NCBI RefSeq assembly: GCF_009914755.1
Contig: NC_060931.1
Origin: the human T2T-CHM13v2.0 reference genome, Homo sapiens
Direction: 5' to 3' (one strand)
DNA: 64,000 nt
Both the position numbers and the translations under genes were made by a program. This document shows, in pieces, positions 16,100 through 32,883 of the stretch. The notes below the pieces were generated by a model, which was not told the DNA's origin, ran no database searches, and saw nothing but the letters and a program-made list of their open reading frames with translations. The first letter of the stretch is position 1. Each line of letters starts with the position of its first letter.

Positions 16100-16192
16100 G
16101 AGATTGCTAAATATTAATCCACTTTTAAAAACAGCAATTTTTTAATTATGGCGATTTCATCAATATAAAAATAACTACTATTGAGATGTAGA

Positions 16193-16521
<329 letters not shown>

Positions 16522-16603
16522 CTATTTTTCATTTATTTTTAGCTTTCAATTTTTTATTTTTAAATGATATCAGACTTATTACAAAGTTGCAAAAATGGCA
16601 TAA

Positions 16604-16789
<186 letters not shown>

Positions 16790-17088
16790 TAACATCTTAT
16801 ATAACCATCATACAATGATCAAAAACAGCAAACTAATATTGATACAATATTATTAACTAATCTCAAAGCCTTACTCAAATGTTACCAGTTGTCCCACTGA
16901 TGTTCTTTTTCTGACCCAGAATCCAGTCCAGGGTTCTGTGTTGCAGTTAATTTTCATGTATCCTTAGTCTCTTCCAATCTAGGACAGCTTGGGTTTTGGG
17001 GTGTTTTTTGTTGTTGTTGTTTGTTTTTTTGCATTATCTGACTTTGACAATTTTGAAGACCATTAGCTGGTTATTTTGTGGAATGTTC

Positions 17089-17780
17089 TTTAACTGCCCA
17101 ACAGGTTCACCTTGCCTGCTGCTTAGACAGAGCCGACTTATCAAGACAGAGGAATCACAATAGTGAAAGAGTAATACATGCAGAGCTGGCTCTGCGGGAG
17201 ACTGGAGTTTTATTATTACTCAAATCAGTCTCCCCAGGCATTCGAAGATCAGAGTTTTTAAGGATAATTTGGTGGGTGGGGGCAGCCAGTGAGTGGGGAG
17301 TGCTGATTGTTTGGATTGGAGATGAAATCATAGGGAGTCACATGATCAGATGGGCCACAAGATCAGATGAGCCAGTTTCTCAATTTGGGTGGTGCCAGCT
17401 GATCCATTAAGTGCAGGGTCTGCAAAATATCTCCAGCACAGATCTTAGGCTTTACAATAATGATGTTATCCCCAGGAACAATCTGGGGAGGGTTAGAATC
17501 TTGTAGCCTCCAGCTGCATGACTCTTAAACCATAATTTCTCATCTTTTGGCTAATTTGTTAGTCCTACAAAGGCAGTCTAGTCCCCAAGCAAGAAGGGGA
17601 CCACCTTGGGAGAGAGCCGTCTTCATCTTTGTTCTGAACTATAAACTATAAACTAGGTTCCTCCCAAAGTTAGTTCAGCCTACATCCAGAAATGAACGAG
17701 GACAGCTTGGAGGTTAGAAACAAGATGGAGTCGGCTAGGTCAGCTATTGTCTCAGCTATAATTTTGCAGTGGCAGTTTCA
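17089..17780 (-). mobile_element. LTR8-like solo LTR
   Basis: Reverse-complement homology with 1-616; ends gcagtttca. Confidence 0.8.
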
Positions 17781-18363
17781 GTTCCACAATTTGGGCTTGT
17801 GGCATAATATAAACTATTTTTGGTCTTTGTCCACAGTTCCTAGCACAGAGTTCCTAAAACTCTTGGAATTTCCAGAGTTAGGAGAGTGTCTTTGTTATAC
17901 TAATGAGGTTAATCCTAACCCTAGGTAGCTTCAGAATAGGGGCCAGCTGCCAGAAAAACCAATCTTGCGAGAAGAATGTTAGAAGTTTCAGCCCTATTCC
18001 CTAACCTCCAGGGAAGCAGAGAGCTGGAGATTTAGTCCAACCACCAATGACCAGTGATTTAAACAACCATGCTTACATAATAAAGCCCTTTGATAAAAGC
18101 CCTTAAACAACAAGGCCCTGGGAGCTTCCAAGTTGAACACATTGCTGTGCTGAGAGGGTGGTATACCTGGAGAGGGCATGGGAACTCTGAACTCATGCTG
18201 CACCAATACCTTGTCCTAGGCATCTCTTGCATCTGGCCATTCCTGCATTGTATCCTTTATAAGACTTTAATTGTAAGTATAGCACTTTACTGAGTTCTGT
18301 GACTCATTTTAGAGAATTGTCAAACCTCAGAGGAGGCAGGTCAGGAGAACCCCCAAATATGTG

Positions 18364-19591
18364 TGTATCAGTCCATTTTCACACTGTGATAAAAAAAAAA
18401 TACCCAAGACTGGGTAATTAATAAGAGAATGGGTTTAATTGACTCACAGTTCCACATGGCTGGGGAGGCCTCGGGAAACTTACAATTGAAGCAGGAAATT
18501 TCCCTGACCCCTTTGTGGGCAGGAACTGGAGCACATGGGCACTGGATGTAGCTGACTGCTTCAGTGCCAGCAGGGGCAAACTCCACTCACTTGACCCTGC
18601 TGTGCTTCACCCTTCATGGGAGGGAGCATGCAGGTGAGCAGGTGCAGGAGCTGGGGCAAGTGCTTTTGGGTCCCGGCCAGAGCAAACCCCATGGCAGTGT
18701 CTAGGGGGTGCCTACAACCCCTGAAGCCCAGAGGGAGTGTGTTACAGTGCTCTCTTAGCTCTGTTGTCCATGGACAACTTAAGTTTTAAACAGGTCAGTG
18801 AGCCCTCTGCCCTTTTGAGTGAGGTGGCTGCTTTCTGCCAGCAAGGGCAGAAATTCAGGGTGACAGCCTTTTGTATCCTCACCTGTGGTACTGAAGCCCT
18901 TGTTCAGTGTCCAGGAAAAATCAAGTCGCAAGAACAAATTGAAGGGCAGTGAATCCAGAGGATTGTATTGCCAATGAAAGTGGCTCTTAGTGGAAAGGGG
19001 ATGGAAGAGGAAGGTGATCTTCCCCCAGAGTCTAGCCATCCCCAACCAGACTCCTCTCCAAAGTTACACCATCAAGCCATCCCTCTGAAGTTAAGCTGCT
19101 TCTCTCCAACGTCCAAGCATAGCCTCTGACGTCCAGCTGCTTCTCCTCTCTGGTTGAGTTTGGGGTTTTTATGGGCACAGGATGGAGGACAGGGAGGGCC
19201 ATGGGTGGTTTTGGAAAAGGCTACATTCAAACAGGACAACAGGAATGTATGCTCTCACTTTGGGTTGCAGTTCCAAGCTTGAGGGTGGGACCCTTACTGG
19301 GGACAGGCCCTCTTCTGCCCAGAATTTCCCTGCCTCCTGTCCCTATCACAATTATGATGGAAGGCAAAGGGGAAGCAAGAAACTTCTTCACAAGGTGTCA
19401 GGAGAGAGAAGAAAAAAGGAGTAACATCCAAACACTTATAAAACCATCAGATCTCATGAGAACTCACTCACTACCACAAGAACAGCATGGAGGAAACCAC
19501 CCTCATCATCCAATCAAGTTCCCTCCCTCGACACATGGGGATTACAGTTTGAGATGAGATTTGGGTGGGGACACAGAGTTAAACCATATCA
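18364..19591 (-). mobile_element. MaLR THE1/MST LTR, interrupted by MER52
   Basis: tgtatcagtccattttcacact ... aaaccatatca; 5-bp TSD atgtg. Confidence 0.85.
18487..19348 (-). mobile_element. MER52-like ERV1 solo LTR
   Basis: Reverse complement begins tgatagggacaggaggcagggaaattctgggcagaagaggg; 4-bp TSD caat. Confidence 0.8.
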
Positions 19592-20101
19592 ATGTGGTTG
19601 GTAGGGAGAAATGTGGGTGCCTTGAGGACACCTGAAAATTGCAGCTGGTGTCTGATATGAGGCAGTTTGAGCCTCTTAACATGTAGGGTCTGTGCTAACT
19701 CCAGGTAGTTACCATCAAGGTCAAATTAAATTGTAGGACACCCAGCTGATGTTATTGAATTAGTGTTGGAAAATGACAGACAGGGTTAACTGAGGCCTCC
19801 TTATGACAAATTCAGATTATATATTTTTGGTAAAAATACCACGGAAGTGATTTTGAGTCCTTCTTAGTGCATCACATCAGGAGGCACATGATGTTGATAG
19901 GTTATATTACTGGTATGGTAACTTTGGTCATTTGGCTAAGGTGATGTTGGCCAGGTATCTCCACTGTAAACCTGTCTTCCCCAAACCTATTATTTTTGTA
20001 ATGTTTCAGATTCTAAGTTAAAATACGAAGCTATTACATAACTTTTTCCTGATGTCAAAAAGAATTTTTTTCTAATTACCAGTATAAGAAAACAGAAAAT
20101 G

Positions 20102-20540
<439 letters not shown>

Positions 20541-21779
20541 TAACAAAAATATAATATTTTATCATATATAATATATAAAGTATATATATTTTATCATATA
20601 TAATATATAAAGTATATATAATTTTTATATATGTATGTAAAGAAAAAACAACCACAAAAAAGTAAAAGCAACAACAACAGAAAAGAAAACAGTAAATGAC
20701 AGAAATACATTTGGATAATTGAACACATTTGTGGAGGAAATAGATTAAATGCAGGGAGAAAAAAGGAATAGTTATTGGTATGAGCACAATATAGCACTTA
20801 TGTGTCACTACTTGGACAGAATATGAATTTACTTTTCATCTCCATGTTCATTATAACTGACACATTTCCAGAAAAACCAGAAGAGAAAAAAAACAAGACT
20901 CCATTAAGCCCCATATACTTTCTGTGGATCCTAGTACACATTCACATAATTTGCATATTTAAAGGAATCTCTAGTTGGTAATTATCTACCCGAAGCTACA
21001 GGTAATAAGTTTTTAAAAACATTACACACAAATTCTCCCAGGTCACAAAAAATATTACTAGTCTTTTATACTTCAAAATAGCGTGTTTTCTGTCTTTATT
21101 TGAAAATCTTCGGGAATAGAAAAAAAAAAAATCAAAGAAAAATAGAAAATAAAACAAACATTGGCAGTATTTACCCTATGCCCTTAATAAACGTGAAGAA
21201 AATTAAACAGATATCCACAACAGTGTTAAGTATTTAAAATTGAAATGTGATTTTAAAATATAGTTACATTTACTTCATCTGTGAAAAAAGGGAAAAATAT
21301 TTTTTAAAAATAAAATAATTATATGTATAGCTATAATTATTAATGCTACAAAACATTAACTATATGAAAATAAGATAAAATATGAGTGCACTCTTGTGAA
21401 GGACAGAATGTAGATGATTCATTTTTGGTGGACAATGTCAGCATTCAGAAGACCATCTAAGAACTTTATAAACATAATAATGAAAAATTTTCCTCATTTG
21501 GCAGAAACCACAGCAAATTTTAATGTTAAATACAGAACCTTTTTTTAGACTACAAACACTAACATCAAATCACATATAACTTGGATAAGGCAGGAAGTTC
21601 TAAATATTACTGAGCCATTTTAGATATAGCCCCTGATACGAGCTATATAGACTGGATAGTAATTATTACCAGATTTCTGGATGTTGAAAAGGCAAATATG
21701 TCTGTGGGTGAAAATTTTGTGGCAGTTTGTTCCATAAATGACATGACTAGAAAATGACTATATGTGTTTTTAATAATGT

Positions 21780-22795
<1,016 letters not shown>

Positions 22796-24918
22796 TCAGA
22801 GTTGGAGATACTTGAAAATAATTTTAGAAGAGAAAACTTTGAAGCCATTTTTGAAAAAAAAAAAGATAAAAATCCAGTCAAAGCTATCATGACCCTAGAA
22901 ACTCAAAGTAAGAATGCAATACTCAGACATTATTGTGAGTTTAATTGTTGAATTTTTCTGTAACACAAGCCAAAGTGATAATTTTGAAAATAACCAATTT
23001 TAAATATATTTGCTCAGCACCAATTTGGTATAATAGCTTCAGTAAAATTGATGTTATACGCAAAATGATGCAGGAGCAAAAATTCAATGTACATAATGCA
23101 CTTAAAAGCATTAAAGGAATTAATAACTTTTTTGAAGACACAGCAATAATGCTTAGGAAAAATATATTGATACTAAAAAACTTGCAAAGTCTCTTGGCAT
23201 TGACAAACTCACTGATATAGGCAAGCCTGAAAAAGGACCAAGACATTTCAATTCAACTGAAAATCCAATCTATGACCCAAAACTAAATTTCAAATTCAAT
23301 TTTCTTCTATGCTAGATACAACAATATCATCTTTAAAGGAAAGTTTTAAAATACTGAAAGAAAATCATGGTCTTTCTGTGTTCTAGATGACAAATGTAAT
23401 TTAAAGAATTCTAAGAAATATAAACTACTACAACTATGTAAGCACTAACTATTGAAATTGACTGGTGAACATAGTAAGAAAAATGACACTGACAAGACTT
23501 CAATGTATACGAAACTAAAACTTTTAGTTGATTTCTAAAATCAACACTTCCATTTCTCTAGATGAGGTATTGTAATATATTTGCCCCAATAATTTGCTGT
23601 TCACATGCCCTATAACTTTGGTAGCTCTAAGCATAAAGTTAACTTTGTGGCAGTAACTGCCAATGGAAAATTTCATAGCTTCACCAAACTAAGGTTTATT
23701 AAAGGTATATGATGGCATAAGAAAAACTTTGTTTTCCTTTAGAAAATAAGACATGAGTAAGCAGGCATTGAAACTGTTACCAGTTGAGGGTGCCCAGGTT
23801 CTTGGCATTTTGAACAAAGAATTGGACAAAACGCACAAAGAAAAGAAAGAATGAAGCGACAAAAACAGATTTATTGAAATGAAAGCACACTCCCCAGGGT
23901 GGGAGTGGCTTGAGCAAGTGGCTCAAGGGCCCAGTTACAGAATTCTCTGGGGTTTAAATACCCTCTAGAGGTTTCTATTGGTTACTTGGTGTACACTCTA
24001 TTTAAATGGAGAGGCTGAAGTGAAGTTACAAAGTTATTTACTTGGGGTACACCCTGTGCAGATGAAGGGGATGAAGTGAAGCTACAAAGTTATTTATTTG
24101 GTGTATACCTTGTGCAAATGAAGAGAATGTTTCCTGTCATAGCTGAAGTAGAGTTACAAAGTTATTTACTTGGTCTTAGAAAGTTGGGTTTTTTCTGTTT
24201 GATTTAGTTCTAGGAAGTCCTTAGGTTCCCTGCCCCCTGACCCTATTCTCCTGCCTCATCTCCCCCATGAGAGACATGAGCCTCATAAATCTTTCTGGGA
24301 GTCAGAGGGACTGATGGTCTTTCTTCTGCAACTCCTTCATGCTGGCTTGGGGTGTAGTCTCTACCTACTGGGGATCATGGAACTCTCACCCTGTGCTGTC
24401 TAATGGAGGCAGGGTAGCTTCTTGATGGCCAGGGAGGTGGGGGGTGTCTTCATCTGGAACTAACTGGAACCCTTCTTGCATGATCATCTGAAGCTTGACA
24501 GTCTCTAGGGGACAGGAAATGCATTTGTTTAAAAGATTTAATGGGAACTTCAGGAGGTGGATACCTGTGCTGTCAGGAATGTTTGTTATACAGATTTGCG
24601 GGAGAAAAACAAAACCTGATCTGTTCTAAGATCTGTATGTTTCCTTAAAGTCTTAGCATGAATGACTCCATTTTGGTTTGGTTTGGTCTGTTGGGGCCTA
24701 GCACATGAGCTCAGTCCAAAACAATGACCTCCCATAATTTTGTTTTAAAAAATTCCCCCTTTTTGGTCAGGTTCTCACTTAGGTGAGAGTGTGACCAATA
24801 CTTAAGGCGTTACCGCCACTCTCAGTTACCACCATGTTGGGTTTCCGGTCTCAGCACATCATTGATAGGTTACAGTGTCCTCATGGTGGCATATTTCTTT
24901 CAGCTCTTGTCATTCAGT

Positions 24919-25500
24919 TTAAAGAGAAACCATTTGACATTCTAGAGATGGCTGCACGCCAACACTTAAAACCTTTGAGATAATGCAGCTCACCAGGGAG
25001 ACTATTATCATGACTATCGGGAGGATAATACCAAGACCTTGGAGTGTACTCCTTACCCAGGGTTCCCATAAACCAAACCACATAAAATCAAATAGATCAA
25101 AGAATGAGCTAAACAGTCTACTCACCTAAATAAGCAATCCCTTCATTAATCCCCTACCACTGAATCTCTATAATCTTCATTTGATGCATTTCTCCATAGG
25201 TCACAGTGCCAGCAGCTGCACAGATACTTCCATTCAGCCAATTCTATCATAACCTTTACAAGAGAATTTAAAGTCTTTGAAGTCTGTTGTGTAACTATAG
25301 CCTTTACAGTAGAATCTGCTGTACAGCCTATCACGAGGGATAAATTTCTAATCATTGTTTTTACTCCAAACCATGGAAAAAGGACCTAACAAATGATGCC
25401 CTTCTAGAAGAGTGAAGGCCTCCTGGCAATGTTCTCTTTAACCCATGATGTGGATTAAGAGGAATGAACCAATGTTCCATTTCTGACTGATTATGAGGTG
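24919..25500 (-). pseudogene. env transmembrane-subunit remnant
   Basis: ADSTVKAIVTQQ...LNSLVKVM heptad-like segment and WFGLWEPWVRSTLQGLGIILPIVMIIVSLVSCII membrane anchor; frameshifted. Confidence 0.65.
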
Positions 25501-28419
25501 ACATGTACCATTGAAGTTTCTCACCTACAGGCCAGGTGTGGTGGCTCATGCCTGGAATCCCAGCATTTTGGGAGGCCGAGGCGGGTGGATCACAAGGTCA
25601 GGAGATCGAGACCATCCTGGCTAACACAGTGAAACCCCATCTCTACTAAAAATACAAAAATTAGCCGGGTGTTATGGCCGGTGCCTGTAGTCCCAGCAAC
25701 TTGGGAGGCTGAGGTGGGAGGTGGAGCTTGCAGTGAGCCGAGATTGTGCCACTGCACTCCAGCCTGGGCAACAAAGCGAGACTCCATCTCAAAAAAAAAA
25801 AAAAAAACAAAAAACTTTCTCACCTACATCGGGCTTTCATCTTTTATCTACCAAAGTATAAGGTTATCCGTGTGTAAGGCTGGCTGCAAAATCCTTCACA
25901 AATAAAAGTATGCCGCATAAGTACACACAACAAACCTCTTTTCCATTTCTACTGTTCATAGAGGCATAAACAAGGAAAAAATATTCAAAGAGTCTCATGA
26001 TAGTGGAGAAGTTTTGATCCATGATGTTGGGACAAGTTGTTCACATCAAGGATGCCATCTTTTTCTGGGGAGAAACTTCCCTGGTTAGCTTTACCTTAAG
26101 GGTTCCAATGGGTGTACAGTTCCAAGAGTGTGGAGGGACCCTTTTCATCTGTGAGATTACGAACTCCAAGTTCAAGGTCCCGAAGTTTTGCTGTAGCGTG
26201 GATGGCAAGGACAGTCTTTCTCTGATGTTCTCAGAAGATCCAATCTTCCGGTTCTAGACTGTGAAGGGGTTGATTTTCCTCACTCAGTGAACCATAAAAA
26301 GCTTTCTTTACCTGGTGAAAATACACTGTAGCATAATAATCTACGGTTACAACATCAACCCTCTTGCATGGGAACGCTTTTATACAGCCAGAAAACGTGC
26401 ATTGAAAATGACAATTGAAATGTTTAAGTGACCCATCAGGTAGCCAAACGTACCTGAAGCTTTGATTGTCTTCCCAGGAATATGGATTTGAGAAACCAAA
26501 TATTGGTTATAAAATACTTTAGCAATTTATAAGTCAGCACTCCAGTATAAATTTAATTTGGATCATTTTATCTCTTCCATGATGAGTCATAGAATGCATA
26601 ACCTTTAATAACAAAAGCTTTAAGGACTCAGGAAGGACAAGGTGGCTATCCTAGTTCTCCATGAGCCTATGCTTAACACTGGACTTATGACCTCTTGAAT
26701 ACCAGTTGTTTCTCCAACTTACGGGCATAGTACTGATAACTAATGGGTTATAATAGGTAATTTGACTTAAGACCATGGAGTTCAAATGACTTTAAATAAT
26801 GGTAGTTAAAAACACTATTGACAAGGAAATTTGGTTATTTCTGTGGTCTACAGTAACTTAACGTAATAATTAAGATTGATAGAATATACTCAGAATATAC
26901 TAGAATTTTAGGACTCCCACAAAAATCATTCAGTCGACTGAGAAGAAAAAAACCTTCTTCCAGAAAAACAAGATCCAAGAAGAGAAAAAAAACACAACAT
27001 AAAGGCCTTTTAAATGTACCTATAGTTAGAATCCACTTTTAATTAAACTGACTTAACCACAGCATTCTTTAAAAAAAAAAATCCTTTAAAATCTCATATT
27101 ACCCAATTTTAGCCACATGAAGTGGCCAATATTTCTGGCTTTTGAACGTTACCAAAGGTAACCTCCCAGATGCTCAGAGAAGAAAAATTCAAGATGGTTC
27201 ACAGAGGGGAAAAGAACCAACAAATGGTAAAGGTCACACAGATATCAAACCAGAAAGGAATCATTTCCCAAGCCAGGACTCAACACAGGCCACCACTGTA
27301 AAATGGCAAAACCCCAGCTGCTGAGCCACAGCATTGGACAGTCTACACTGTTCCTTTCAGAAGGAGTCTAGAGTAGCTCATTTTGAGCTTGCAAAGGCTT
27401 CCAACTACTTAAGACAACTTTTAGAGCTAACTATGACCTCCTAGGGACATAAAACAAGATGGAGACCTCATCCAGTTGTTTTGTTTGTTTCAGGGACCTG
27501 CAGCAAAGTTTGTTACTGACCAGGCTACTGGGTTGTCACGAGCAGTGAGCTTATGGGGTCCTAAGCCCATGTTCTATCCTAAGGTACACCTCTTCATGAC
27601 AGTACAACAGAGAAAGAAAAATTCATAGCACAAAATAACCCAGATTTGCTACAGCTTATGAGTAGCCTCAGAATTTCTTTTCACATTAACCAAAACTTTA
27701 CAAAGGAGATAAACAGTGATTTTTACCATTCATTCGATTGGTTTGCACAGAGAGAGGTCAGAAGTCCAACTGGTAAGAAATTCTTACCCTTTTGCTGGCA
27801 TGTCAGATTTCTGGGTTCTCCTTCCCTAGGCAGCCCTAGCAACCCTACTCAACTGTAGGCAAAAAAATAAATAAATAAATAAATTGCCATGAGTTAAGAA
27901 CATTCACAAATAGTTTACAAATTTTGGAGAAATTAGGCAGACAGAGAGAAAAATGACTCAAATTCTATTTATGAAAGTATACTCAATACATTCAAAGTAT
28001 CAGGGAGCCTAATATCCAAAAAGTCAGTTTAAGTTTTAAAAGCTGGTGCACCCCATCAATTCCTGTGGGCCTGACAAAGGTAGTCTAGGAATTCCAGATT
28101 AATGGAACAAATGATGACTTGCTAGAAAGGCATAGGAAATGAAATAACTATTCACAGAACCAAATAAAAGTTTTCCACTAGAAACTAAAAAAAAAATCAT
28201 GGTTTTATATATATGCATACACAAGCAAAGCCCAGAGGAGAATAAACAGCAAATTAATAAAAATTAGAAGCAAAAACACAGAAACAGGAAACCAACCCTA
28301 AATTTTTTCTACCCAATCTACCCTGGAGGCTACATTGTTACCCAGGGCCCCCAAAACCCCACATAATAAATATTTTATTCCTGATACACAATTCAGTATC
28401 CTTAAGTCCACCAATATCA

Positions 28420-28940
<521 letters not shown>

Positions 28941-29468
28941 TTACTTTAATCAAGACTAAGAGCTTTAACTATGAACATGTTAATTAGCCAAATTTCTCCA
29001 ATTCTCTATCAGGTTTTAAAGAATATTTTATTATCTAAGCCTTTTCCACATTTTTCTCCCCTACTTACTGGTGCCTTACTACGTTGTTTCATAATTAACC
29101 TTTTCAAATCTGTCATTTGAACTAATTTTTAGATAACTTCTGAATTAGACTTGTTCTCACTAATAACACAACGCTTTCTGGCACGTTTTGTATACAGAAT
29201 TATGTGTTAACTAGAATTCTTACTTATTTCATTTTTAACAGTTTATTTAAATTAAATTACTTCTGTAAACTGAGATATTAGATGCTATCATTTAAAGTTA
29301 GTGATTTAGCTAATAACATTAAATTACTCTCTTTTGTCAAAAAAAAGGCACATAAACCAATACGACTTTGTTTTGACTGGGTTTACACTTTTATAACCTT
29401 CTATGCTACACACTAACACCTCAAAATATCTAGCAGAGACAAATATAAAATCCAGACAAAATGTATGC

Positions 29469-31279
29469 TGACAGGAAAATGTGCGAAAGTTTGGAACTTC
29501 CTAGAGACTTGTTGAATGGCTTTGACAAAAATGTTGATAGTGATATGAACAATAAGGTCTGGGCTGAGGTGGTCTCAGATGGAGATGAGGAACTTGTTGG
29601 GAACTGGAGCAAAGGCGGCTCTTATTATGTTTTAGCAAAGAGACTGGTGGCATTTTGCCCCTGTCCTAGAGATTTGTGGAAATTTGAACTTGAGAGAGAT
29701 GATTTAGGGTGTCTGGCAGAATAAATTTCTAGGCAGCAAAGCATTCAAGAGGTGATTTGGGTGCTGTTAAAAGCATTCAGTTTTATAAAGAAAGCAGAGC
29801 ATAAAAGTTTGGAAAATTTGCAGCCTGACAATGCAATAGAAAAGAAAATCCGATTTTCTGAGGAAAAAGTCAAGCCAGCTGCAGAAATTTGCATAAGTAA
29901 CAAGAAGCTGAATGTTAATCCTCAAGACAATGAGGAAAATGTCTCCAGGGCATGTCAGAGGTCTTCACGGCAGCACTTCCCATCACAGGCCTGGAGGCCT
30001 AGGAGGGAAAAATGGTTTCTTGGGCCAGGTCCAGGGTTCCTGTACTGTGTGTAACCTAGGGACTTGGTGCTCTGCATCCCAGCCGCTGCAGCCATGGCTG
30101 AAAGGTGCCAACATAGAGCTCAGGCCATGACCTCAGAGGGTGCAAGCCTCAAGCTTTGGCAGTTTCCATGTGGTGTTGAGCCTACAAATTCACAGAAGTC
30201 AAGAATTGAGGTTTGGGAACCTCTGCCTAGATTTCAGAAGATGTACGGAAACGCCTGGATGTCCAGGCACAAGTTTGCTACAGGGGTGGGATTTTCATGG
30301 AGAGCCTCTGCTAAGCAGTGCAGAAGGAAAATGTGGTATTGGAGCCCACACACTGAGTCCCTACTGGGACACTGCCTCGTGGAGCTGTGAGAAGAGGGCC
30401 ACCATCCTCCAGATGCCAGAAATGGCAGATTCACTGACAGCTTGCACCATGTCCCCGGAAAAGCTGCAGACACTCAACGCCAGCCCATGAAAGCAGCCGG
30501 GAGGGAGGCTGTACCCTGCAAAGCCACAGGGGTGGAGCTGCCCAAGACCACGGGGACCCACCTCTTACATCAGCATGACTTGGACATGAGACATGGAGGC
30601 AAAGGAGATCATTTTGCAACTTTAAGGTTCAACAGCCCCACTGGATTTTAGACTTGCATGGGGCCTGTAGCCCCTTTGTTTTAGCCAGTTTCTCCCATTT
30701 GGAATGGCTGTATTTACCCAATGCCTGTACCCCCACTGTATCTAGGAAGTAACTAACCTGCTTTTGACTTTACAGGTGGAAGGGACTTGCCTTGCTTCAG
30801 ATGAGACTTTGGACTGTGGACTTTTGAATTAATGCTGAAATGAGTTAAGACTTTGGGGGGCTGTTGGGAAGGCATGATTGGTTTTCAAATGTGAGGATGT
30901 GAGATTTGGGAGGGGCCAGAGGTGAAATGATATGATTTGGCTGTGTCCCCACCCAAATTTCATCTTGAATTCCCAAGTGTGGGAGGGACCCAGTGGGAGG
31001 TAATTGAATCATGGGGGCAAACCTTTCCAATGATGTTCTCATGTTACAAAATAAGTCTCGTGAGATCTGACGGCTTTAAAAAGAGGAGTTACCCTGCACA
31101 AGCTCTCTCTTTGCCTGCTGCCATCCATGTAAGACATGACTTGCTCCTCCTTGCCTTCTACCATGATTGTGAGGTCTCCCCAGCCACGTGGAACTGTTAT
31201 TCCATTAAACCCCTTTTCCTGTATAAATTACCCAGTCTTGGGTATGTCTTTATCAGCAGCGTGAAAATGGACTGATACA
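29469..31279 (+). mobile_element. THE1 (MaLR) internal region plus 3' LTR (30928-31279); 5' LTR missing
   Basis: gaaagtttggaacttcctagagacttgttgaatggc THE1-int; LTR tgatatgatttggctgtgtccccacccaaat...ggactgataca. Confidence 0.9.
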
Positions 31280-31696
31280 AACTGTAATGATAGGAGGCTG
31301 GGTAGGTTTCTTTTGTCCTTAGCCAGAAGAGTAGGGGAAGGGAAGAATTGTTCATAAGAAAAGAAGGTTTACATTGCCTGAAAGGCATGTGAGTTTGCCC
31401 CAGAGGAGCTGCACCACATGTAGGGGTCAGAGATCACAACCAGAAAAGACAGAAAAGAATCCTTCCCCTTTCCAGGCAGGCAACTACCCCCATTCACTGC
31501 TTGCATTCAGGCAACACTGGAGAGTAGCCCTGGCCAGAATCCTGCAGTTACCTTCCTGTTTAGTCACTGCCCATCAAGGGTCCACAGTTGAGGAGAGAGG
31601 AGAGAGGAGAGAGGAGAGAGGAGAGAGGAGAGAGAGATTCCCCTGTATGGAACAGAAAGGAAAATGAGAAAAATAAACCCCAAGCTTTGGGCTTAC

Positions 31697-31714
31697 CTCC
31701 TGACTGGCTTGCCA
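31697..31714 (-). other. Primer binding site, tRNA-Arg-like
   Basis: tggcaagccagtcaggag versus TGGCGAGCCAGCCAGGAG (2 mismatches), just inside the 5' LTR and followed by a gtaagc donor. Confidence 0.75.
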
Positions 31715-32883
31715 AAATATGTTACCGGTTGAGGTGTCCAGGTTCTTAGCATTTTAAACAAAAAATTAGACAAAATGCACAAATGAAGCAAGAAAAGAAT
31801 GAAGCAATAAAAGCAGAGATTTATTGAAACAAAAGCACACTCCACAGAGCGGGAGCGGCCCCAGCAAGTGGCTAGCCCAGTTACAGAATTCTCTGGGGTT
31901 TAAATACCCTCTGGAGGTTTCCCATTGATTACTTGGTGTAAGCCCTTTGTAAATGAAAAGGCTGAAGTGAAGTTACAAAGTTATTTACTTGGAGTACACA
32001 CTATGAAAATAAAGAAGATGAAGTGAGGTTACAAAGTTATTTACTTGGTGTACACCTTATGCAAATTAAGAGGATGTTTCCTGTCATAGCTGAAGTAGAG
32101 ATACAAAGTTATTTACTTGGTCTAAGAAAGTTGGAGTTTTTCTGTTTGATTTAGTTCTAAGAAGGCCTTAGGTTTCCTGCTCCCAGACCTTATTCTCCTG
32201 CCTCAAAACTGTCATTAAAATGTTTTGTCTCTGAAAGTAAGATGCATATAACTACCTTCTAACAAATTAATTCCTAATGATTTCTTAATTATTCTAGTGA
32301 GTTCTTAGTGTAATTAAATATTTGTGCTTCCTATTTATTTAATCATTCAATTTGTAGAATTTGTATAGAATGACTTCATTCTTGCTATAATTTTTATTAA
32401 GAAATAAATATAGTCAGGCATGATGGCTCATGTTTGTAATCCTAGCATTTTGGGAAGCCAAGGAAGGAGAATCTCTTGAGCCCAGGATTTGAGACCAGCC
32501 TAGGTAACACAGGGAGACCTTGTCTCTATTTTAAAGAGAATAAATAAAGAAAGAAAAATTATAATACCTTCTAAAAATTGTGCTTAAGGAAAAGAAAACT
32601 AATTATACTCAAGGAAGGGATACCTTTTTCCTAAATCTCACAAAAGCTGGCTACAGGTGCTAAGGCATAGCTCTCAAAATGTTAAAAACATAATTCTAAT
32701 ACAACTAGTGAGTTCATGTCAAATATTTATTAAACTCATTAATAAGGAACCCAGAAGGATGAAAAGCCCAGTTCAAAAGAGAATTTAAGAAACTAGATTT
32801 TTATGATAAGTGGAGAGGGGGCAGTAATGCTGAAATAAAGTTGTTAAATTAGATAAAGTTATATGATGATTAAAACCCTAAGG

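Larger units (their letters stand above)
17798..19780. mobile_element. MER21-like LTR, interrupted
   Basis: tttggtctttgtccacagttcctagcacagagttcctaaaactcttggaatttcc; resumes after 19596. Confidence 0.65.

Noticed and set aside
24010-24175. CRISPR-like repeat-spacer pattern
   Set aside because: Three degenerate units internal to an LTR in eukaryotic DNA; no cas genes
24919-25549. Syncytin-like env gene
   Set aside because: Fragmented over frames, immunosuppressive domain largely lost, Alu-interrupted
29461-30651. Cluster of overlapping ORFs
   Set aside because: Broken THE1 internal ORF
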